DNA from: Actinomycetota bacterium
GTDB lineage: Bacteria; Actinomycetota; Acidimicrobiia; Acidimicrobiales; AC-14
Assembly: GCA_034666105.1 (NCBI GenBank)
Contig: JAXDMK010000127.1
Location: forward strand, 23,839-47,838
DNA: 24,000 nucleotides
Reading direction: 5' to 3'
Below the pieces are notes generated by a model. The model saw only the letters and a list, made by a program, of their open reading frames with translations. It did no database searches and was not told the DNA's origin. The position numbers were made by a program, and so were the translations under genes. Below, in pieces: positions 9,832 through 16,343 of this stretch. Positions within the stretch are counted from its first letter, which is position 1, and every line of letters starts with the position of its first letter.

Positions 9832-10940
9832 CGGCCGTGCTCGCGGCTGCGCCTCCCCTGCCCGACCCGGCCGGCGCCGGCCTCCTCCCGGTCGACTTCG
9901 AGCTGCCCGCCGACCTCATCGCATCCGAGCCGGTGGAGTCGGGCGGCGGCGGCCGGGAGGATGCCCGCCTCATGGTCGCCCGCCGCTCCGCCACCACCTC
10001 CGACGCCGACCACCTCGTCCACACCACCTTTGCCCGTCTGGGCGATTTCCTCGACCCGGGCGACCTGCTGGTGGTCAACACGTCGGCCACCCTGCCCGCC
10101 GCCGTCCCCGCCGTCGGCCTCGACGACGGCCTGGTCGTCCACCTCTCGACCGAGCTCCCCGGCGGGCTGTGGCTGGTGGAGCTGCGCCGCCCGGTGGGCG
10201 CCGGCACCGAGCCCTTCTTCGACGGGGAGACCGGCCGCCGCATCTCGTTCCCCGGGGGCGGCGCCGTCGACCTTCTCGCCCCCTACCCCGCGGGCGGGCC
10301 GCCGGCGCGGCTGTGGTTCGCCGTCCTCCGGCTCCCGGCGCCCACCGTCGCCGCCTACCTGGGCCGTCACGGACGCCCCATCCGCTACGGCTACGTCCGC
10401 CGGCCCTTCCCCATCTCCGCCTACCAGACCGTGTTCGCCCGCGAACCGGGCAGCGCCGAGATGCCGAGCGCGGGCCGGCCCTTCACCACCGCCCTCGTCA
10501 CCGACCTCGTCAGCCGGGGCGTGGGTGTCAGCCCGATCGTGCTCCACACCGGCGTGTCGTCGGCCGAGCCGGGCGAGCTGCCCTACCCGGAACGGTTCCG
10601 GGTGCCGGCGGAGACGGCCGACCGGGTCAACGCCACCCGCCGGGCGGGCCACCGGGTGATCGCCGTCGGCACCACTGTCACCCGGGCCCTGGAGACGGCG
10701 GCCGACGAACGGGGACAGGTGCACCCGGCCGGCGGCTGGACCGAGCTGGTGATCACCCCCGAGCGGGGCACGAGGGTGGTCGACGGCCTCCTCACCGGCT
10801 GGCACCCCCCGGCCGGGTCCCACCTCCTGCTGGTGGAAGCGGTGGCGGGACGGGCGGCGGTGGAGCGGAGCTACGCGGCCGCGGTCGAGGAGCGCTACCG
10901 GTGGCACGAGTTCGGCGACGTGCATCTGGTGCTCCCGTAG
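9828..10940 (+). CDS. queA: S-adenosylmethionine:tRNA ribosyltransferase-isomerase (QueA) family protein
   Basis: The ATG at 9828 overlaps the SDR stop (ATGA). FELPADLIASEPVE...REDARLMV resembles the QueA N-terminus (Y-LP-x-LIAQ-P...SRLLV). GHRVIAVGTTVTRALE matches the conserved VGTT-x-R-x-LE segment. The length is 370 aa. Confidence 0.75.
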   Translation: MTAVLAAAPPLPDPAGAGLLPVDFELPADLIASEPVESGGGGREDARLMVARRSATTSDADHLVHTTFARLGDFLDPGDLLVVNTSATLPAAVPAVGLDDGLVVHLSTELPGGLWLVELRRPVGAGTEPFFDGETGRRISFPGGGAVDLLAPYPAGGPPARLWFAVLRLPAPTVAAYLGRHGRPIRYGYVRRPFPISAYQTVFAREPGSAEMPSAGRPFTTALVTDLVSRGVGVSPIVLHTGVSSAEPGELPYPERFRVPAETADRVNATRRAGHRVIAVGTTVTRALETAADERGQVHPAGGWTELVITPERGTRVVDGLLTGWHPPAGSHLLLVEAVAGRAAVERSYAAAVEERYRWHEFGDVHLVLP

Positions 10941-10957
10941 GTCCCTACCATGACGGG

Positions 10958-11467
10958 GTGAAGTTCCGCCTCGAGCAGCGATTCCCGGCACCGGTGGAAG
11001 AGGTCGAGGACGCCTACGTCGACCCCGATCTGTTCGCCCACCTCCACCGCCTGGCCGACCTGGGCCGGCCCGAGCTGCTCGACAAGGTCGACGACGGACG
11101 TACCGTCCGCCTCCGGGTCCGCTACGCCTTCACCGGCGAGCTCGGTCCCCCGCTGTCGTCGCTGGTCGAGTCGGCCCGGATCACCTGGGTCGAGGAGTCG
11201 ACGCTCGACCGGCCCACCCACCGCACCGAGTTCCACATCCTGGCCGACCACTACCCCGACCGCCTCCGCTGCCACGGCACCGTCGAGCTGGGCGACGACG
11301 GCGCCGGCGGCACCCTGCGGGTGGCCGAGGGCAAGCTGGAGGTGAAGATCCCGTTCGTCGGGGGCAAGGTGGAGCGGGCCGTGGTCGACAGCCTCACCGA
11401 CCAGGCCGCGGCCCAGGCCCGGGAGGTGGGTGAGTGGCTGGTCAGTCGCCGGCAGGCGCAGGCCTGA
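10958..11467 (+). CDS. SRPBCC-superfamily protein (DUF2505-like)
   Basis: GTG start at 10958 (VKFRLEQRFPAPVEEVEDAYVDPDLF...), 169 aa. The sequence pattern and size are typical of START/polyketide-cyclase-like DUF2505 proteins. This is assigned from memory, not a search. Confidence 0.6.
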   Translation: MKFRLEQRFPAPVEEVEDAYVDPDLFAHLHRLADLGRPELLDKVDDGRTVRLRVRYAFTGELGPPLSSLVESARITWVEESTLDRPTHRTEFHILADHYPDRLRCHGTVELGDDGAGGTLRVAEGKLEVKIPFVGGKVERAVVDSLTDQAAAQAREVGEWLVSRRQAQA

Positions 11468-11975
11468 AGTCGGCGCCCGGCTCCGGCGGGCAGCGGCCGG
11501 CGGCCCGCTCGTCCTCCCGGAAGCGAAGCAGGTGGTCGCGCACGGCCTCGCTGATGACCCGCAGCTGCTCCACCTGCTCCTCGCTGAGCCGGTCGAAGAG
11601 GTGGCTGCGCACACCCTCCACGTGACCGGGGGCGGCCGCGGCCAGGGCCTCGAAACCCTTGTCGGTGAGCACCGCCATCGACCCTCGCCGGTCGGTGGCA
11701 CACGTCTCCCGCCGCACCCAGCCCTCCTCCTCCAACCGGGCCACGGCGTGGGAGATCCGGCTGCGGGACGACTGGGACCGCTCCGCCAGCTCACTCATGC
11801 GCAGGGTGCGGTCGGGCGACTCCGACAGCCGGACGAGGATCTCGTAGTAGCCGTGGGGAATGCCCGCGCTGCGCTGCAAATCGTGGTCGAGCGTCTCGAA
11901 CAGGAGCTGGTTGGCGTCGAGGAACGCGCGCCACGCCCGCTGCTCCTCTGCGTTCAACCACCGGGCCCCAGGCAT
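11442..11975 (-). CDS. MarR-family transcriptional regulator
   Basis: The winged-helix core is LRMSELAERSQSSRSRISHAVARLEEEGWVRRETCATDRRGSMAVLTDKG, with the typical D-x-R...LT-x-x-G wing. The ATG is at 11975. The 3' end overlaps the convergent SRPBCC gene by 26 nt. Confidence 0.9.
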   Translation of the reverse strand: MPGARWLNAEEQRAWRAFLDANQLLFETLDHDLQRSAGIPHGYYEILVRLSESPDRTLRMSELAERSQSSRSRISHAVARLEEEGWVRRETCATDRRGSMAVLTDKGFEALAAAAPGHVEGVRSHLFDRLSEEQVEQLRVISEAVRDHLLRFREDERAAGRCPPEPGADFRPAPAGD

Positions 11976-12021
11976 GTCATCAAGACTATTGGTCCGGAGC
12001 CGCTACCGGTGGGAGAGCTGA

Positions 12022-12190
12022 CGCTTCGCCAATGACTCGCCGATCTGCCACCTGGGCGGGAGGTCGGCCCCCGGCCGGCCGGGAGCGGCGGGGTCGGCCC
12101 GCCACCGGGCATCTGGCCCGCGGCGCGGGCGCCCGGGTAGCTTGGGCCTGTCCCCCTCGCTGTTTGACCCTGCCCGACTCCGAGGAAGCG
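12022..12190 (+). promoter_or_regulatory. candidate structured 5' leader, possibly a divergent ydaO-class (cyclic-di-AMP) riboswitch, upstream of the muralytic gene
   Basis: CGCTTC (12022-12027) can pair with GAAGCG (12185-12190), enclosing about 170 nt. The internal segments CCGATC...GGCGGGAGGTCGGCCC (12040-12070), GAGCGGCGGGGTCGGCCC (12083-12100), hairpin GCCCGCGGCGCGGGC, CTGTCCCCC (12148-12156) and GACCCTGCCCGACTCCGAGGAAGCG (12166-12190) partly resemble my recalled ydaO consensus blocks (CCGAAUC, ACGGAGGAACC, GGGGU, CUGUCCC, ACCCGAC...UCCGGAGGC). The conserved AGCUAAC block is not clearly present. The RBS GGGAGG lies just downstream. Confidence 0.3.
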
Positions 12191-12206
12191 CCGGCCCGGG
12201 AGGTCG

Positions 12207-13193
12207 ATGACCGCACCGCCCCGACGTTCGATCCTGCTCACGACCATGCTGACGGTCCTCGCGCTCGTCGTGGGAGCCGTCGGTGCCGGCGCGGACGAGA
12301 TCGGTGACAAGCAGGCGGAGGCGGAGGCCGTGGCCGGACGGCTGGCCGACCAGGCCCGCGCCATCGTCGCCCTCGACAAGGAGCACCGGGCCGCGGAGGA
12401 CCGTCTGGGCCAGGTCCAGGTCGCCCTCGACCAGGCGCAGACGGAACTGGCGGGGGCGTCGACCCGCCAGGAAGAGGCCCGCCGGCTGCTCGTCGCCCAC
12501 GCCCAGGCCGCCTACGTGACCGGCGGGTCGATCTCCTTCGTCGGCAACCTGGCCAACGGGGCCGCGCCCGACGGCGTCGCCCGCAACACCTACATGCGCC
12601 TGGTGACGGGCGAGGACCGGCAGGCGGTGGGCCGTATGCGGGCGGCCCGGGAGGACCTCGAGATCCGCCGGACCCAGCTCGACGCCGCCCGCCGCAAGGC
12701 CGCCGACCAGGCCGACACCGTCAGCGGCGACCTGGAGGAGCTGCAGCACGCCATGACCGCCCAACGGGCCCAGGTGGCCAAGGTCGACGGCGAGTTGGCC
12801 ACCCTGGTGGTGGCCGAGCAGGCCCGGGCCGAGGAAGCCGCCCGCCAGGAGCGGGCGTTGCGGGACGCGGAGGCGGCGGCGGCCCGGGCCAAGGCCGTGC
12901 CGACCGCCGCCGCCGCCCCGTCGATCCTGGCCGCGGCCTCGACGCCGGCGCCGGGGCTGGCCCTGTCGATGGACGAGGCCTTCGCCTGCATCCGCCAGTT
13001 GGAGTCGGGGAACAACTACTCGGCGCCCGGCGGCGGCGCCTACCAGTTCCTGGACGCGACCTGGGGGTCCCTCGGCTACAGCGGATCGGCCCAGGACCAT
13101 CCCCCGACCGACCAGGACGACGGCGCCCACCGCCTCCAGGCCCGCAGCGGCTGGGGTCAGTGGACCACCGCTTCCCTCTGCGGCCTCATCTGA
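12207..13193 (+). CDS. secreted coiled-coil protein with C-terminal transglycosylase-like (Rpf/SLT-type) domain
   Basis: The signal peptide is MTAPPRRSILLTTMLTVLALVVGAVGAGA. About 200 aa of heptad-like A/E/R/Q-rich sequence resembles a CwlO-type coiled coil. The C-terminus ACIRQLESGNNYSAPGGGAYQFLDATWGSLGY...GWGQWTTASLCG resembles the C-x3-ESGGN...G-x-QF-x3-TW motif of transglycosylase-like muralytic domains. Confidence 0.75.
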   Translation: MTAPPRRSILLTTMLTVLALVVGAVGAGADEIGDKQAEAEAVAGRLADQARAIVALDKEHRAAEDRLGQVQVALDQAQTELAGASTRQEEARRLLVAHAQAAYVTGGSISFVGNLANGAAPDGVARNTYMRLVTGEDRQAVGRMRAAREDLEIRRTQLDAARRKAADQADTVSGDLEELQHAMTAQRAQVAKVDGELATLVVAEQARAEEAARQERALRDAEAAAARAKAVPTAAAAPSILAAASTPAPGLALSMDEAFACIRQLESGNNYSAPGGGAYQFLDATWGSLGYSGSAQDHPPTDQDDGAHRLQARSGWGQWTTASLCGLI

Positions 13194-13210
13194 GCGCCCA
13201 CCCCCGAACC

Positions 13211-13480
13211 GGTGACGGTTGGCGCCCGGTGGGGGCTGTAGGCGTCACCAGTTCGCCGACGGAGCCGCCGCCATGGCAACTGGTGACAGTTGGCGCCCGG
13301 TGGGGGCTGTAGGCGTCACCAGTTCGCCGACGGAGCCGCCGCCATGGCAACCGGTGACACTTAGCGCCCGGTGGGGGCTGTAGACGTCACCAGTTCGCCG
13401 ACGGAGCCGCCGCCATGGCAACCGGTGACACTTAGCGCCCGGTGAGGGCTGTAGGCGTCACCAGTTCGCCGACGGAGCCG
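13211..13480. repeat. tandem array, about 3.8 copies of a 71-bp hairpin-forming unit
   Basis: Units start at 13211, 13282, 13353 and 13424. The consensus is GGTGACRSTTRGCGCCCGGTGRGGGCTGTAGRCGTCACCAGTTCGCCGACGGAGCCGCCGCCATGGCAACY. Copies differ only at unit positions 7, 8, 11, 22, 32 and 71. The last copy diverges after 13480. Each unit contains GGCAACYGGTGAC / GTCACCAGTTCGCC inverted arms. Confidence 0.95.
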
Positions 13481-13495
13481 GTGGCCGGCGCCCGG

Positions 13496-13753
13496 TTAGC
13501 CGTTGTGCTTGGCCCGGCCGGTCCGCCAGACGAGCAGACGGTCGACGAGGGCGCCGAGGACGGCGGTGATGGCGAGGACGCCGATGAGGGGCGCTCTCAC
13601 ATCGCCGACGACGTAGCCGATCCGCACCGACTGCCCGTTGTCGAGCAGCAGGGCCAGCAACACGATCACCGTCACCGCCAGCCCCACGATGCGGGCCGTC
13701 TCCCGGTTGTCCCTCGGCTTGTCGGCTTCCGCCACGAGGCGAACGTAGCCCAA
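13496..13753 (-). CDS. small membrane protein, LapA-domain/DUF1049-like (85 aa)
   Basis: Two hydrophobic helices (IVGLAVTVIVLLALLL, LIGVLAITAVLGALV) are separated by NGQSVRIGYVVG, as in LapA-domain proteins. The track start at 13753 is a TTG, and an in-frame GTG at 13735 is an alternative. Confidence 0.55.
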   Translation of the reverse strand: MGYVRLVAEADKPRDNRETARIVGLAVTVIVLLALLLDNGQSVRIGYVVGDVRAPLIGVLAITAVLGALVDRLLVWRTGRAKHNG

Positions 13754-13802
13754 CCCGACCGAGGGTCAGACGGACGGTTTGTCGTCCCCTCGTCCCGGGG
13801 TT

Positions 13803-14339
13803 TTACGTCCCACCGTGCCCGGTCATCCCTACCACCACCGCCACCTTCGACAGGCGACCGAGGGCGGGATGGCGGACGCACGCCAGGAACAGGCACAGCG
13901 CCGACTGGGCCAGCACCGCCGGGGCCAGGGCGGGCGACGGCCCCACGGCCCCGCTGGCCGCCGCCCACCACCGGGCGGGGGCCGACATGGCGGGCCACCG
14001 GGTGGCGTAGGCGAAGTCGAGCGGAGCCACGCGGTAGTTGGCCAGGACGTGTTCGTAGGTGCCGAAGGCGGCCACCAGGACCAGGCCGAGGGCCACCCAC
14101 CGCACGGCGCGGATGGTGCGGGCCGCGGGACGAACGGCCATGAGGACGACGGCCACCGCGGTGACGGCCACCGCCGCCCACGGGACCAGCTGCACGGTTG
14201 AGTCCCAGTGGCGGAGGGCGGCCAGCTCGAGGGCGGTGCCGGCGGTGCCCAGGCCGGCCAGCAGGAGCAGGCCCTGGCGCAGGGGCCGGGCGGGGTCGGC
14301 GAAGTCGGCCGCCGCCGTTGGAGGGTCCGGCCGGGTCAC
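13803..14339 (-). CDS. hypothetical 4-TM membrane protein (178 aa)
   Basis: This is the C-terminal part of track ORF 13803..15392. The GTG start at 14339 overlaps the stop of the upstream lipoprotein gene (GTGA). Four hydrophobic segments are present (LLLLAGLGTAGTAL, VPWAAVAVTAVAVVLMAV, WVALGLVLVAAFG, LAPAVLAQSALCLFLACV). I recognise no family. Confidence 0.6.
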   Translation of the reverse strand: MTRPDPPTAAADFADPARPLRQGLLLLAGLGTAGTALELAALRHWDSTVQLVPWAAVAVTAVAVVLMAVRPAARTIRAVRWVALGLVLVAAFGTYEHVLANYRVAPLDFAYATRWPAMSAPARWWAAASGAVGPSPALAPAVLAQSALCLFLACVRHPALGRLSKVAVVVGMTGHGGT

Positions 14340-14755
14340 GGGACGAGGGTGGCGACGATCTGGTCGACCACGCCCGGTCCCGGGTTGTACTTGGCCAGTT
14401 CCTGGCGCAGCTTGGCGAACGTCGGGTCGTCGGCGACGTAGGGCCGGTACTCCTCGACCTCCCTCGCCCACTGGGCGGGGCTGGAGATGCCGGCGGCGGT
14501 GAAGGCGGCCTGCAGCTCGGCCCGGGTGGCGTCGTTGGCCGACACCTTCCCGGCCGCGGACGGGGCGGCAGTGGTGGTCGGGGGGACGACGGTCGTGGCC
14601 GGGACAGTCGGGACGGGTGCGGCAGCCGTCGTGGCGGTGGTGGCGGCGCCGGCGGCCGCGGTCGACGGCGTGCCGCTCCCGCCCCCGCCGCAGGCGACGA
14701 GGGACAGAGCCGCGGCCAGACCCAGGCCGGCCAGGCGGGCAGTGGTGATACGCAT
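14336..14755 (-). CDS. lipoprotein with Thr/Ala/Pro linker and small helical (possibly helix-hairpin-helix-like) C-terminal domain
   Basis: I chose the ATG at 14755 (MRITTARLAGLGLAAALSLVACGG), which has a GGAGG RBS 5 nt upstream and a lipobox (LVAC). The linker is T/A/P-rich. The C-terminus NDATRAELQAAFTAAGISSPAQWAREVEEYRPY resembles ComEA/PsbU-type HhH segments, but this assignment is weak. Confidence 0.65.
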   Translation of the reverse strand: MRITTARLAGLGLAAALSLVACGGGGSGTPSTAAAGAATTATTAAAPVPTVPATTVVPPTTTAAPSAAGKVSANDATRAELQAAFTAAGISSPAQWAREVEEYRPYVADDPTFAKLRQELAKYNPGPGVVDQIVATLVP

Positions 14756-14833
14756 CGATTCCTCCGGATGGTGGGGGGTGTCCACTCCACTCTCGGGTCC
14801 CTACCTGGGAGGTACCTGGACGCCCGGTGGGAG

Positions 14834-15595
14834 TTACCCGGAAGCGAGAAGGGCCGCCGCCACCTGACGGTACAGGCCGGTCAGGGCGTGGTCGGGCTGG
14901 CGCACGGCGAGGATGCCGGCGCTGCCCAGCTCCAGGAGGTCGTCCGAGTGGGGTAGCACCGCCGCCACCTCGCACCCGTAGGTGGTGGCCACCTTGGCCC
15001 GCACCTCCTCGGCGTCGTAGCCGGCCGGCGTGTTGTTCACCACCAGCGTGATCCGGGGCACCTTGAGCCGGCGGGCGACGGTGAGGGTGACGTGGGTGCC
15101 CTCGAAGTCCTGCTGGTCGGGCCGGAGGACGATCGCCAGCGAGTTGCACATGGCGATCGACAGGAGCGTCTCCTCCACCAGCCCGGGGTGGGTGTCGAGG
15201 AGGAGGACGTCGAGGGAGAGGGTCTGGATGAGCGACCGGACGCCCTCGTTGAGCACGCCGACGTCGTAGCCCTCCCGCATGACCCGGGCGATGTCGTGGG
15301 CCCGGATGCTCGACGGCACCAGCCACACCTTGCCGCCGGCGGCGGCCGCCGTCCCGGGGGTGACGTCGTGGGCCGCGTCGACCATCGTGCACTGGCCCCA
15401 GAGGTAGTGGTTGAGGGACTGGCCCATGGTGTCCTGGTCGAGGCCGAACAGGATGTGGATGCCGGGCGACTGGATATCGGTGTCGACCACGCCCACCCGC
15501 TTGCCGTCGGCGGCCAGGAGGGCGGCCACATTGGCGGTGGTGTTCGACTTCCCCGTCCCACCCCGGAACGAGTGGACGGCGATCAGGATGGCCAT
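14834..15595 (-). CDS. MinD/ParA-family P-loop ATPase (SIMIBI class)
   Basis: The deviant Walker A is HSFRGGTGKSN, with Arg where MinD/ParA have the signature Lys. Switch/Asp motifs are VGVVDTDIQSPGIH and DVLLLDTHPG. The length is 253 aa. GGGAGGA lies upstream of the ATG at 15595. Confidence 0.85.
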   Translation of the reverse strand: MAILIAVHSFRGGTGKSNTTANVAALLAADGKRVGVVDTDIQSPGIHILFGLDQDTMGQSLNHYLWGQCTMVDAAHDVTPGTAAAAGGKVWLVPSSIRAHDIARVMREGYDVGVLNEGVRSLIQTLSLDVLLLDTHPGLVEETLLSIAMCNSLAIVLRPDQQDFEGTHVTLTVARRLKVPRITLVVNNTPAGYDAEEVRAKVATTYGCEVAAVLPHSDDLLELGSAGILAVRQPDHALTGLYRQVAAALLASG

Positions 15596-15635
15596 GGCGT
15601 CCTCCCGGGAGCTACGCCTGTAGGCAGGGGGCGGG

Positions 15636-16343
15636 TCACTGGTCGGCCGCGATCCGCAGCTCGTCGACCCGCCGCTCGAGGTTCTGGAAGTACTCGGTCT
15701 CGGTCACCTCCGCCGCCCGCCGGGCGCTCCGGGTGTGGTCGATCTCGATGGACAGCTCCCGCACCTGCTCTTTCAGCCGGTCCTCCCGCTCCTGGACGTG
15801 GCGGGCCATCCGGGTGAACACCCGGGCCATCTGCCCGAGGGCGTCGGTGCGCCGGCTCACCGGCTCCAGCAGCTCCGGCTCGAAGCGGCCGGCTTCCATG
15901 GCGATGGCGGCGTCGACCACCCGGCCCACCTGCTCCAGGTACTCCCGCTGGAGGTCGAGCAGCCGCTTCTTGGCCAGGCCGGCGTTGATCCGGGCCCGCA
16001 GGAGGCTCCGGTCGAAGGGCTTGGGCAGGTAGTCCTCGGCGCCCATCTCGATGCCGCGGACCACGCTCTCCATATCGTCCACCGCCGAGATCACGATCAC
16101 CGGCACGTGGGTGAGGGTGGGGTCGGCCTTCATCGCCGCCAGCACGTCGAACCCGTCGGCCAGGGGCATGACGATGTCGAGCAGGACCAGATCGAAGGGC
16201 CGGCTGCGCAGCATGTCGAGGGCCTCCAGCCCGTTGGACGCACTCTGGACCCGCAGGCCCTCCTGCTCCAGGCTGCGCGTCAACAGGAGCCGGTTCAACG
16301 ACTCGTCGTCGACGACCAGCACCGTCCCGGCGGGAATGGTCAT
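15636..16343 (-). CDS. response regulator: REC domain plus about 110-aa helical/coiled-coil C-terminal region, no recognisable output domain
   Basis: The REC domain has an intact acidic pocket (VVDDE), phospho-acceptor (LLDIVMP), Ser (VISAV) and Lys (LPKPF). The C-terminal LGQMARVFTRMARHVQEREDRLKEQV is HAMP/coiled-coil-like. The ATG overlaps the stop of the upstream 1026-aa gene (ATGA at 16340-16343). Confidence 0.9.
   Translation of the reverse strand: MTIPAGTVLVVDDESLNRLLLTRSLEQEGLRVQSASNGLEALDMLRSRPFDLVLLDIVMPLADGFDVLAAMKADPTLTHVPVIVISAVDDMESVVRGIEMGAEDYLPKPFDRSLLRARINAGLAKKRLLDLQREYLEQVGRVVDAAIAMEAGRFEPELLEPVSRRTDALGQMARVFTRMARHVQEREDRLKEQVRELSIEIDHTRSARRAAEVTETEYFQNLERRVDELRIAADQ

Noticed and set aside
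13211-13480. The 71-bp repeat array as a CRISPR array
   Set aside because: The whole 71-bp period is repeated almost identically. There are no unique spacers between conserved repeats and no cas genes in the window.
13211-13480. The repeat array as integron attC sites or a MITE/IS remnant
   Set aside because: The arm ends (GGCAAC / GTTCGCC) do not fit the RYYYAAC / GTTRRRY core sites. No cassettes lie between copies. No integrase or transposase, no terminal inverted repeats flanking the whole block and no target-site duplication were seen.
14756-14833. Intergenic hairpin/terminator between the MinD-like and lipoprotein genes
   Set aside because: Only a 5-bp stem (TACCT-ggg-AGGTA) is present. 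That is too weak to call, so the operon boundary here stays undetermined.
13442-15392. Long overlapping ORFs 13442..14143(+), 13672..14790(-) and 13803..15392(-)
   Set aside because: These are R/P/G-rich shadow frames. Only the 13803..14339 portion, which has hydrophobic helices and GTGA coupling to the lipoprotein gene, was kept as a gene.
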